Below are positions 39,571-52,562 of a DNA stretch of 64,000 nt, in pieces. Below the pieces are notes generated by a model. It was not told the origin of the DNA. It made no database searches and saw only the letters and a list, made by a program, of their open reading frames with translations. The DNA lies in the NCBI RefSeq assembly GCF_006345805.1, contig NC_043003.1, positions 15,066,001-15,130,000 on the forward strand. The letters run 5' to 3'. The stretch comes from Octopus sinensis (Eukaryota). A program made the position numbers and the translations under genes. Every line of letters starts with the position of its first letter. Within the stretch, counting starts at the first letter, position 1.

Positions 39571-39823
39571 CAACTTATAACCAAGGGCAAAAGAAAACAA
39601 TTCCAATGCCAAATATGCCGAAAATAGACAAATTGTCCATAACCATATAATTTATCACCATAAGCATGCGTCTCAAAGTAAGCCGACAGAATTTTTAGAA
39701 ATTTCTGTCGGCTTACTTCGAGACGCGTGCTTATGGTGATAAATTATATGGTTATGGACAATTTGTCTATTTTCGGCATATTTAGCATTAGAATTTTTTT
39801 CTTTTGCCCTTGGTTATAAGTTG
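39571..39823. mobile_element. Palindromic foldback MITE with TA flanks
   Basis: The whole element is an inverted repeat (arms about 125 bp, about 6 mismatches, about 3-nt loop at 39696-39698), flanked by TA on both sides. Confidence 0.85.
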
Positions 39824-40982
39824 TATATATATATATTATATATATATATATTATATATATATATATATATGATGTGCTTCTTTCAGTTTCCGTCTACCAA
39901 ATCCACTCACAAGGCTTTGGTCGACCTGAGGTTATATTAGAAGACACTCACCCAAAGTGCCACATAGTGGGATGGAACCTAGAACCATGTGGTTGGTTAG
40001 CAACCACACAGCCATACCTACACCTATAATGGTTATTAAAAATGGGTATAATAAATAATGGAACTCTAAATCTAATAGAAATAATTCAGACAATACAAAT
40101 CTCCTCTGATATTTAAATACTTAAATCAACATGGTTGTGTGGTTAAGAAGCCTGCTTTCCAGTGTGGACGTCTTGTGTACAGTGTCATCGTGTGGCATCT
40201 TGGGTATTTTTTAACCTTTAACACACTGTGGGTACATTATGTCACCATGTGAGTTTTCTCCCTTGTAGAAACAGGACAGTGGCAGGGGAAATGACTCTAA
40301 AGAAAATGCTGTGTGTTAAAGCTTAATTAAATCACCTGGCTAACCAATGCCTTGTGAGTGAATTTGCTACATGGTAACTGTATGGAAACATAGAAAGATG
40401 GATATAACAAATTAGTGCTGTTACTGCTGCTGTTGCTGCGGCTGATGATGATGATGATGATGATGACGATGATGACGACGACAGTGGTGATAGTAGCGGT
40501 GGTGATGGCGTCGGCGGCAGCAGCGGTGGTGGTGATGGTGGTGGTGGTGGTGATTTTGGTGGTGGTGGCGGTGAAAATGATGATGAAGTTGAAGATGACA
40601 ATGATGCTGATGACATTGGTGCTGATGACAATGACAACAATTAGCAATTCTCCCATCACTACCCTGCAAATACTGCAAACGCTATGCTTTGCTGAGGAGG
40701 TCTAACAAAGTGGCAACATTACCAGAGTTGTCTCCCATATTTACCAGAATAATCAATTTACACTTGAGCTTTCTTGGTTAATTTCTTTTGCTTTTTTTGG
40801 TTACACTACTGTAAATACAATGACAATAACTTAACTGTTGTTTTATATACAGATGCTGTCCCTGAGTGGTTGGCATTAGGAAGAGTATCAAGCTGTAGAA
40901 ACTCTGTTATATCATATTGGAGCCTGGTGCAGCCATCAGTCAGATCGTCCAACCCATGCTAGCATAGAAATTGGACGTTAAG

Positions 40983-41013
<31 letters not shown>

Positions 41014-44000
41014 ATATATATATATATGACAGGCATCTTTCAGTTTCTCTCAACTAAATCCACTCACAAGGCTTTGGTCAGCCTGAGGCTATAGTAGAAG
41101 ACACTTGCCCAAGGTGCCATGCAGTGGGACTGAACCCGGAACCATGTAGTTGGGAAGCAAGCTGCTTACCACACAGCCACTCCTGTGCCTATACTATTTA
41201 TATAGATGGACGTTCACTACAGGTGTACCAAAATTCTGAAAAATCAACTTAGTTCAACACAAGACACCTGAAGAAAGCTGGAGAATACAACAACTGAAAT
41301 GCAAGGAAAACAACAATCAAATTGAGAACACCAGTCTGACCAATAAAAACAATATACATAATCAGTGGCATATAGTGGTTTTCCATTAAGATTTGTGACT
41401 AAATTAATGAGCAAGATTAATATTTATAATGAATTTGCCATTTTTGATTAGTGTGCAGCCCACACCTAGCACACCCCTGTACATAATATAAACTCCAATT
41501 CTCAGAAATGTAGAAGTTTTTAAGTCTTTAAACCCTAACCCGAGTTAGGAGTCCCAAGTTCATATATCTAGGACCCAAAGCGATTTTTATTTAGATGTCT
41601 TTTGGGAAAAAAGGTGTCTTGTATTCCATTATATAACGATAAACGTCGCCCTTTTCAAGCCTAGCGAGGCTCATGGGACCGGTTTCTGTGGCATATGTGT
41701 CTCCCCCCACCAGCTGGACGGGATGCCAGTCCATCGCAGCATTACTCAAGAAACAGGAAGAGAGAGTGAGAGAAAGTTGGGGGCGAAAGAGTACAACAGG
41801 GGTTGCCACCACCCCCTGCCAGAGCCTCGTGGAGCTTTAGGTATTTTCGCTCAATAAACACACACAACACTCCGTCTGGGAATGGAAACCATGTCCCTCC
41901 GACTACAAGTCCACTGCCCTAACCACTGGGCCATTGCACCTCCAAATACCATTATATAGTTTGTGAATTCATAGAGTTGTGAAATAATTCACAGATATTT
42001 AATTAGTATATATTGGCTTAATCACAATTAGACGTAATTACTCAGGACAGCAACATAGTCAGATATGGTTGTATGCTTCTCAGACCTTATTTCTCGCTGT
42101 AGATTTTACCTGCCAAAACCATTTGTCTTTAATTCTGTTGTTGCCATATCTCTAGTGAAATACACTGGCTTTGTTTCAATTCATTTTGAAAATTAAGAAG
42201 AATTAAATAATAAAACTCTATCTATATTAAGCTGGTGTTTGGAGCATAAATTAACATGTGGTAAGTAGCTTGCTAACCAACCACATGGTTCTGGGTTCAG
42301 TCCCACTGCGTGGCATCTTGGGCAAGTGTCTTCTGCTATAGCCCCGGGCCGACCAATGCCTTGTGAGTGGATTTGGTAGACAGAAACTGAAAGAAGCCTG
42401 TCGTATATATATATATATGTGTGTTTGTGTGTCTGTGTTTGTCCCCCTAGCATTGCTTGACAACCGATGCTGGTGTGTTTACGTCCCCGTCACTTAGCGG
42501 TTCAGCAAAAGAGACCGATAGAATAAGTACTGGGCTTACAAAGAATAAGTCCCGGGGTCGATTTGCTCGACTAAGGGCGGTGCTCCAGCATGGCCGCAGT
42601 CAAATGACTGAAACAAGTAAAAGAGTAAATGAGTAGACGATTTTAAAACAGAATGATGTGGATGTGGTACTTCGTCTGCCTTTACGTTCTGAGTTCAAAT
42701 TCTGCTGAGGTTGACTTTGCCTTTCAGGAAAGACTTCCGCCCGTCCCCCACCATTTTCTCCCAAATTTGTTTATTTTTGTAATTTTTTTTTTTTTTCTTT
42801 CCAAAAATCCCCGTTTTCGGATACGGAGGTTCTGGAAAATTGCCAAAATTCGGCATTGTGAAATGCCCACCAACTTCTTCAATTTTGACTTTTTTTCCCC
42901 AACACTAGCCCTAAAACCCTAACCCTAACCCTAAAACCCTAAACCTAAACCTAACCCTAACCCTAAAACCGTAAGCGTAAGTACAGAAACGTTTTGAAAT
43001 TTTTGTCCGAATCATGATGTCCGTATTTTTCCGCATATTTTGAAAAAAAAAAATTGTGAAAAAGTTTAAAATGAAGGAAATGGGGATGAGGTGGTAATTT
43101 AAAAATGTCGATTTTTGTCAATTTTTTGGCAGATTCATATTCCCCGTAACCGAAAAGTGGTTGTTTGTGTCGAAAAAAAATTTTCTTGAAAGGGTAAGGG
43201 TTTTGCCACCTTACATCCTTCTGGAGTCGATGAGGTACGTACCAGTTGAACACTGGGGCCGATGTAATCATCTTACTCCTCCCCTAAAATTGCAGGCCTT
43301 GTACCAAAATCTGAACCCAATATTATCAACATACATTGTATTCTGTTCGCTTTTACTTTTTGTCTCTATAAAACTGTAAGAAGTAATTTTAGTGAGATTT
43401 GGCTATCATTTTTCGCAGGTCGAGTATCCATGCAACTGGTACTTCAAAATTAATTGAAGACAACTTACTGGAATTAATTATTGCAATAAATTTTCTCAGT
43501 TATTAGAAACTGAGACACAAGAGTTATTTCCCTTGAAACAAATAACCAGGTTTTCATTTATTAACATTTTTTGAAGCTAAGGCAGAATAGAAGAGATTAA
43601 CGCAGAACTGAAGAATTTTGAGTTTCGACCCCTTCAGTTCTCAATATAAGCCCTGAATTTAATTTTACTTTCAACCCTCGTGAGCTTTAAAGAAATTCCG
43701 TACCAGTCATATAGTCTATCGACTCTCCCTGTCTCTCTCTCCCCTCTCTCTGTACTTCTGCAAACATTTAGCTGGAGTCGAGTCAAAATAGGAAATCAAT
43801 AATTCATACAACTGCTCCACAAAATGTTGATGTAATCTCTTAGTTCACAATTCGATATCGATTTCCCATCGTAGCTTTTAAACTTCAATTTTGTTGTTTA
43901 TGGCTGTATGAACATCACGAAATTACACGTTTCTCTCTTCTCCGAAAAACCTGAGGTCTTGTGACAGCATAATGAATTAGTTTATTCTTAACAGAACATT

Positions 44001-44159
44001 ATTTAATATTTCAGCATTGAATGAACGAATATCTTAAGCGGTATGCTTCCCGTGATGCAAATCTGAGAGATAAGTTCGATTCCCAGACGAAGTAATTTCA
44101 TTGATAATGCATCCGGGAAAAGCTTACTATAAATTCGTCGTTTTGATTACCTTTCTTAC

Positions 44160-44199
<40 letters not shown>

Positions 44200-44879
44200 T
44201 CTTTACTCTTTTATTTGTTTCAGTCATTTGGCTGTGACCATGCTGGAGCACCGCCTTTAGTCGAGCAAATCGACCCCAGGACTTATTCTTTGTAAGCCTA
44301 GTACTTGTCCTATCGGTCTCTTTTGCCGAACCGCTAAGTTATGGGGACGTAAACACACCAGCATCGGTTGTCGAGCGAAGTTGGGGAGACAAACACAGAC
44401 ACACACACATGCACACATATATATATATATGCCCCTATGCGAGGCAATTTTATTTTAATTCTCTCGCAATGAAGGACTAGTTGACGAGTCGTGTCCTGTT
44501 TTATCCTTCGAAACACGCTTGAGTTAGCTAGAGACAGCTGATGAACTAGGGATTTTTCCTGTGTGGTTTGTCCTGTACCTTGTTTTTCTGTTGTAAAAAA
44601 TAATGTTTTTCCCGTGTCCGTTTCGTCTCAGTTTTTTTGTAGTAAAAATATGGCTTGTCCGTTTTCGTTTTTCGTTGAGTTCTACGTCTAGTTGCAGTGT
44701 CCTGTACTCACGTATATATATTTATATATGCATGTATATATACATGTAGATGTAGGTACGTACATATATGTTTGTATGCATGCATATATTTTATTTATTA
44801 CATTATTGTCTGACAGCGCGGTCGCGTCAGGGCCGATTCGATTCGTCGTTTCGTCCCACTTCCCTTCCTCCCAGTTTTG

Positions 44880-44915
<36 letters not shown>

Positions 44916-45069
44916 CATACATATACGACGGGCTTCTTTCAGTTTCCGTCTACCAAATCCACTCACAAGGCTTTGGTCGGCCCGAGGCTTGAGTAGAAGA
45001 CATTTGCCCAAGTGCCACGCAGTGGGACTGAACCCGGAACCATGTGGTTGGTATATGTATATATATATA

Positions 45070-45122
<53 letters not shown>

Positions 45123-45543
45123 ATATATATTATATATATATATAGGGAGAATTCACAAAAGAGAAAAAAAAACAGAAGACGATGATAGGTGGTGTAGACA
45201 ACAAACATGTTTTAGTTTAACGCTCAGGAAGTGAAAAAGTCTTTAATGTTTCGAGCCTGCACTCTTCCACAGAAAGGAACACAGAAAGAATCAAGAGGAG
45301 AAAATAGACTCCTGGTGTGAAATCGTGCTTTGAAACAGATGTATTTCGGGACGGTCATTTTTTTTTTGCCAAATAAACACACGCACTATATATTTGTTCT
45401 TCACTCGTTTGTTACTGTCCTTATTTTAACTCGTGTCCATTGACCGGAAATCTTTCGCCACACATCTGTGACCTCTTCAGTGGGAATGAACCCAGAACCA
45501 TGTGGCTGGTAAGTAAGCTGCTTACCACACAGCCACTCCTGCG

Positions 45544-45645
<102 letters not shown>

Positions 45646-45665
45646 ATATAATATATATATATATA

Positions 45666-46178
45666 CTAGCAGTATCGCCCGGCGTTGCTCGGGTTTGTAA
45701 GGGAAATAACTATATAAGCATTTTTAGAGAGTTACTTCCCTTATAGATGCCAATTCGGGCTTTCTTAGCCATTTCTGTTTTGGTGTCTTCAAGCCATGAA
45801 GTCGTTGTTCTAAAAGAACGCTGGTCTCCTTGACAACGCTTTACGACGTTGATTTCCTTACACTCCCTTCCCCACAGCTTCACGAGGGAGGGAAGAAGGG
45901 GGAGAAGCAAACAGGTGCAGATGTCACCATGGACGCCAACTCCGCCGCCATCGACACACGAAAAATTATGCATTAAAATGGAATAAAAAATGATGTTAAA
46001 TTATTTTTAAAATCGTAGACTCATCGTAGACGCGCGCTAATAGCCAGACGGGCTCGATATGAATAACGACTATAAGATACCTGAATTTGGTTAAACTGCA
46101 CCGCAAAATGTGGGAGGAGTTAGGAATCTAAATCGAAGGGGACAGACACTCACACAACTACAGTTTTATATATATAGA
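45666..46178 (-). mobile_element. Non-autonomous Helitron-like element
   Basis: On the minus strand it starts TC after an A and ends CTAG before a T; a GC-rich subterminal hairpin (cccgagcaacgccggg) lies about 10 nt from the 3' end; no TSD. Confidence 0.75.
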
Positions 46179-46267
46179 TTACAGGATTTGAACTAATAAT
46201 ATAAAGGGATGTAACTAAATGCCTGCCAAAGCTCCATATTATTTGTGTCACTCAACCTTATTTCTAA

Positions 46268-46389
<122 letters not shown>

Positions 46390-46552
46390 CACGCGCAACA
46401 CGATGATGACTTAACTGGCCGAAGCTTCGAAATCACCGTCAATATCATTCTTGTTAAAGGACAATAAATTTGTACTCTACCAAAAAGTTTGAGTGATCCT
46501 TCAGTTTATTTGTCATAGCATAAAAACAAACACACATATCTGTGTGTGTGTC

Positions 46553-46584
<32 letters not shown>

Positions 46585-47151
46585 CACGTATGTATGTACA
46601 CACACACACACACACACACACAACACACACACACACACACACACACACAACACACACACACACATATATATATACATACATGTATGTGTGGGGGGGGGGT
46701 TCTAATGCAGTTTCGCACCTCTCCTTGAAAAATACATTTTTTTGAAAACATTTTTTTCTGATTCCTACGTTTTAGATATCGGTGATTACGAATATGCAAA
46801 AAAAAAATTTTAATTTCACCCCTCCCCCAAATTTAAATTTTTTATTTTGTTTACTTTAAAGAGATCGTAGCGAACTGACGAACGTATGCAAATCGAAATT
46901 AAATATAGAAAAAAATATTAAAGTGAAAAGAATTTGCGTTTTATTTGTGCTTGCCTTAAATAATCGTAAATAATAATTTAATGTAAATTAAATATACACC
47001 AATAATAAATCTCTCAGTGAGGTATAAACAGTAGCTGCACGACATCGTGAAGTATATTTGCCACTTAAATGTGGCTAACCCTTAAGGGTGGATGCTACTG
47101 TATGTTGTAGCCCCCAGCTGGCTATTGACACACTATCTGTGCCCTATCAGT

Positions 47152-47536
47152 GGAAGCAATCCGTTGGTTACGACGACGAGGGTTCCGGTTGATCCGAATC
47201 AACAGAACAGCCTGCTCGTGAAATTAACGTGTAAGTGGCTGAGCACTCCACAGACACGTGTACCCTTAACGTAGTTCTCGGGGATATTCAGCGTGACACA
47301 GAGAGTGACAAGGCCGGCCCTTTGAAATACAGGTACAACAGAAACAGGAAGTAAGAGTGAGAGAAAGTTGTGGTGAAAGAGTACAGCAGGGATCACCACC
47401 ATCCCCTGCCGGAGCCCCGTGGAGCTTTTAGGTGTTTTCGCTCAATAAACACTCACAACGCCCGGTGTGGGAATCGAAACCGCGATCCTATGACCGCGAG
47501 TCCGTTGCCCTAACCACTGGGCCATTGCGCCTCCAC
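47152..47536 (-). mobile_element. SINE family C, tail type 3
   Basis: 11-bp TSD GCCCTATCAGT at 47141-47151 and 47537-47547; same head and body, unrelated tail. Confidence 0.82.
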
Positions 47537-47714
47537 GCCCTATCAGTAGTTGCAAAGGGAAGCCATCATTCCCATCTCAAGCCTGACGTGATACACACGG
47601 ACTCGAGTTTCTGGGTATTGACCCGTCATCAGCGTGTGACAATCACTGGTTGGCGATATGAAGTGGTTCCCAACATACACCATTTTATGAGAAACAAACA
47701 TTAATACTTAATAA

Positions 47715-49921
47715 CACTGGTCAACAGCCAATTTTCATGAGGGATATTATATGGTGTTTTATATGTAGTTTTGTCCGCAGATTTCAAAAATATAATCGGT
47801 TTCCTTCTATCAGGCACAGTTTTCCTGATGAGATGGGAGAGGTTATATAAATCCCATCAGCAGTATCGCTACACGTAAACGTCTTATACAGGTAAATTCT
47901 GACTTCTGTTTTATAACTATTTGTATTCATTTTGTAATTTTGTTTTCATAATCTTTTCTTTTCATAAATTTTACTTTCTGTTTAAGGTGCCATCCTCCTC
48001 CTCAAATTCTACTCAGGATGTCAAGGCATTGCAAGAACAGTCATTCTGATATATTTTGTCATGTCTGTGGTTCATTTACCACCAAAGCTCAGCAATGTGT
48101 CGTCACAAGTGAAATCAAGAAGATCTACCAGTTATACTTTGGTTGCTCTTTTGGGGCATCATCTGCTCAGCTTGTTCAAATGGAGTAAGGGATTGGCTAA
48201 ATAAGATGAAGAGAGCAATACCGTTTGCAATAACTATGATATGGAACGAGTCAAAGGATCATTTCATGGACTTGTTTCTACAACGTTAATAATGTTTGTG
48301 GGTTTACTGTAAAGACCAAGCATAAGATTGTGTATCCCAACTAGCAATCAGCAAAAAGACCAGTACCACGCAACGATGATGATCTTCCTATTTCACTATC
48401 ACCAGAAAATGGCCTTCAGATGTCTGACGAAGATGTATTTCCTGAAGAAAATACTACTGCTGTAGAAGACACAGAAGTGGATGCAAATTTCACGATTGAA
48501 AATGAAGACGTACCACAGAAATTTTCTCAAGGAGAGTTAAATGGTTTAGTTAGAGACTTGTCATTGTCAAAGGATAAAACTGAACTATTAGCATCTCACC
48601 TACAAGAAAAGTGTCTGCTTAAGAAAGATGTTTATATTACTCATTTCAGGAAGAGAAATTGGGATCTGACTTCATGCTTCTCTGTTGATGGATCACTTTG
48701 TTTCAGTAATAATACTGATGAGTTATTTCGCTGTTTGTTCCAAGAACATGTTCCAGCTGAATGGCGCTTATTCATTGATTCATCTAAGAGAAGCCTCAAG
48801 GCAGTACTACTACTACACAACAGCAATAAGAAACCATCCATTCCCATTGGACATTCAGTGCACATAAAGGAGCGTTATGAAAGCATGCAAGTACTCCTCA
48901 ATGCCATAAAGTACACAAACTACAGCTGGAAAATATGTGGAGACTTAAAGGTGATTGGAATATTGATGAGAATGCAATCTGGGTTCACGAAATATTGTTG
49001 CTTTTTATGCCTATGGGACAGTCGTGCAACTAGCAAGCACTATGTGCAATCAGAGTGATTGCAAAATCATATGAGCTGGGAGTTTCTTGCGTCCACAGTA
49101 AACCACTTTTAAACCCAGAAAATGTACTTCTTCCCACTCTTCACATAAAGCTTGGCTTCATGAAACAATTCGTGAAGACACTCGCCAGGAAAACCTCAAA
49201 AGGTTTTGAATATGTGAACGCCAAATTTCCAAAAATCAACGAGGCAAAACTGGAGGAGGGCATATTCATAGGTCTGCAGATAAAAGAACTCCTGAAGGAC
49301 AATTACTTCCTCACAGCACTGGATGAGATTGAGCTTAAAGCCTGGGAATCCTTCAAATGGCTCTGTGAAAATTTCCTAGGCAACATGAGATCTCTAGAGT
49401 TTAGAAATGGAGTGAAATGTCTTCTAGACTCCTACGCTGCAATGGGCTGTCGGATGTCACTAAAAGTTCCATTTCCTTGATTCACATCGGGACTTTCTTT
49501 GCAGAGAACCTTGGAGCAGTGTCTGAGGAGCAAGGTGAACACTTTCATCAAGATATTGCATCGATAGAACAACGATATCAAGTAGCTGACGAGGGATGAA
49601 CCTGAAACAAAACACCATAGGAAGTCCAAATACCAACGATTTTAAGTTGTTATGCATTTGAGTGTATTCTAACTTATTTGTACACAATAAGTTTAATTCT
49701 GTACAATAAAAATCCATGAAATTATCGTATTTTGTATTCAATATACTTTATATAGACATGCTTTACGTGTCCTATAAGTTAAAACAGCAGGCATCATTAA
49801 CATGAATATGTGACCTGATAGAGGAAATCGGACTTCAGATTCGTAATCAGCATATAAAATTAACCCAGAAAAGTCAATCAACAACTCTGATGATTAAAAA
49901 GTTTCATTTTGTTGACTAGTG
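47715..49921 (+). mobile_element. Chapaev3 (CMC) DNA transposon, full length, decayed
   Basis: TIR CACTGGTCAACA / TGTTGACTAGTG (11/12 match) with 3-bp TSD TAA at 47712-47714 and 49922-49924. Internal transposase remnants show Chapaev3-type motifs. Confidence 0.88.
48018..49645 (+). pseudogene. Chapaev3 transposase, multiple stops and frameshifts
   Basis: N-terminal FCHVCGSF Cys motif; FSQGELNGLVRDLSLSK, WRLFIDSSKRSLKAVLL, ICGDLKV, FTKYCCFLCLWDSR, LHIKLGFMKQF, SEEQGEHFHQDI, spread over several frames. Confidence 0.9.
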
Positions 49922-50854
49922 TAATTAATGTTATAAAGTTTAATAAGGGGCTCAAATTTCGCCCCCTCTCCCCATTTTGAATTTTGAACTTTTTCATTCA
50001 TTTATTTATTTATCTAACTATTTATTCTTGTCCATTTATTCATAAAAATATATTTGTCAACTAAATGTGGCGGTCCTATAGAAGACGGTGTTACTGTTGG
50101 TTTTAACCCCAGGAAGACATTCATATCTATCTATCTCTTTATACACATATACAAACACTTTCCTCTCTGGTCAATCTCTCATCAACTTCTTCAAGTATCA
50201 CTTGAAAAGGAAAGTGAGAGTAGAGAGGCAAGTTTTGTCTAGCGAATGTTTCAAAAAAAGATGGGTGAATGTAGCAAGAATGGCACGCTTGAATGACGAA
50301 GCCACCTTGAGCATGATTCTATGAACCCGGAAAAGTTTAAAACAGAGAGTTACTTACTTGCAAATAAATGTGTTAACATGTGACATTATTGACCGAGGTT
50401 ACCGTGGTCTTTTCCGCAAGCTTTTCTTTCCACAGATAAACCTTATCTGTTTCCTCCTTTACACTTTACATCATGACATTTCTGTGATACACGATCCCTA
50501 TTAATCGTTTTTTTTCTTTTTCTCTCCTTTTAACGATCCCTTTTGATCGAAAACCTACCCCACTTTCTTTTTCCTCCCCAAAAAGAAAAGCTATTCTTTG
50601 TTATTTGTCCCGTCTGTGTTCAGCCCTGTGTGGCTAATAAAGAAACATATTTCTTTATACACCTATCTATATGCTTATTGAATTTAAAATTTTGAAAACG
50701 TGGTTTCTTGCATATCCGGAATCTCCGTCAGCTACAACAGCGAAAAAAAAAAAAAATTCGAAAAAGTTCAAAATTTTAAATGTGGGGCGGGGGTTGCATA
50801 TTTGTAATCTCCGACATCTAAAATGTAGGAATCCGAAAAAAATGTTTCCAAATA

Positions 50855-51251
50855 GGCGCAGGAGTGGCTGTGTGGTAAGTAGCTTGTTTACCAACCACAT
50901 GGTACCGGGTTCAGTCCCACTGCATGGCACCTTCGGCAAGTGTCTTCTACTATAGCCTCGGGCCGACCAAAGCCTTGTGAGTGGATTTGGTAGACGGAAA
51001 CTGAAAGAAGCCCGTCGTATATATGTATATATATGTATATGTGTGTGTGCGTGTATGTTTGTGGTTGTCCCCCTAGCATTGCTTGACAACCGATGCTGGT
51101 GTGTTTATGTCCCCGTTACTTTGCGGTTCGGCAAAAGAGACCGATAGAATAAGTACTGGGCTTACAAAGAATAAGTCCCAGGGTCGAGTTGCTCGATTAA
51201 AGGCGGTGCTCCAGCATGGCCGCAGTCAAATGACTGAAACAAGTAAAAGAG
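50855..51251 (+). mobile_element. tRNA-derived SINE family B (head, microsatellite, tail)
   Basis: Head gcaggagtggctgtgtggtaag..gggttcagtccc, central (TA/TG)n, tail gactgaaacaagtaaaagag. About 20 further copies or fragments, e.g. 11941-12397(-), 21605-22030, 26030-26410(-), 37195-37615(-), 42257-42630, 54829-55265, 63165-63325(-). This copy splits an older repeat whose other copy is at 46690-46850. Confidence 0.88.
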
Positions 51252-52524
51252 TTTCAAGGAGAGGTTCGAAACTGTGTTGCCCCCGTACAGAGAACTAGAT
51301 TAAATACTGCAAAGTAATTCTATCCGATATTCTAACGAATCTGCTAATCTATCACCCAAATTGATAATTATTTCCTTTCATAAATCTGAAATCCAATTTC
51401 AAATCTTGTTAGAAGTATTATTTTTATCTTCTCTAAAATTTAGCTTTATTCGTATCGCTTTCAAAAACTTTCAGTCTAAAACATCTTTATTACACGAAAT
51501 ATATATTTTAAAAAAAAAAGGGGCATACCTACACAAATATACCTCGACTTTGTATTTTCATAACTTTCAGAAAATGTTGTTGTGTCTGGGGAGGGTCATA
51601 TTGTTTTAATGCCTTATCTAACACACTCACCGGTTCGATTTCCACTCATTTATCATTTATATTTATTCTTCCAAAACTTTCGTTGTTTTTGCAGCTCTGC
51701 CAATTGTTGGCTCTGTCCGTCAATGGAGCTGCGTTCCCTTTTGTCCGTTTAAATGAGTATTTTTCAGTGAAATATTTTACAAATACCTTTCAGATAGTGT
51801 AGATTCCGATTACAACGGAATTTGTTGCGAAAAATTGGTTCATTTGGGAGGGAGAGGAGTTTCGGATAAATCACGCCTGTCGACTTGTTTCCTCATAACT
51901 TACAAAATAAATTTTTAAAATAGTTAGTTTTTAATGAATTTTTCTACCAATATTTACTAGCTAGTGTAGATTCTGATTATAATGAATTTAAAGCGAAAAA
52001 GAAAAACTGGAGGGCGCGCACGCATACGAATTGACACGCATCACGTAACTTTTTCAAAATTTCAAGTTTCGTTTTGTAGATTTTTATGTGATGTGTGGCA
52101 ATATGTACGTGCGCACTCATTGATTTTTGTTTTCGCATTAAATTCTGATATCATCGCGATCTATATAATCTGAAAGGTATTTGTAGCAAATTTCATTAAA
52201 AAATGCCAATTTTTCAGGAAATTATGAGGAAACAAAAGTCAGTGGTGTGTAAAAAAGGGGGTGAGTAGAAACGCATGTGTAGGGGAGCTAAAAAAAAGGG
52301 GCGGGGATGATAATGTTTGCTGTACTGAAATTCTAATATGGTTTTCAACACAAACATCTGAAGCGATCCGATGTCATTAAAACAAAATCATTCACATAGG
52401 GTCAGGTGTGGCTGTGTGGTAAGAAGCTTGCTTCCCAACCACATGGGTCCGGCCTCAGTCCCACTGTGCGGCACCTTGGGCATATGTGTGTGTGTGTGTA
52501 TGTGTGTGTGTGCGTGTGTGTGTG

Positions 52525-52562
<38 letters not shown>

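Noticed and set aside
46873-46900. CTGACGA..GAAA string
   Set aside because: No stem II pairing.
49583-49615. CTGACGA..GAAA hammerhead-like string
   Set aside because: Stem II is only about 3 bp, there is no UH site or stem I, and it lies in the Chapaev transposase remnant; chance match.
51765-52240. Nested imperfect inverted repeats
   Set aside because: Probably an old decayed MITE; ends and TSD could not be defined.
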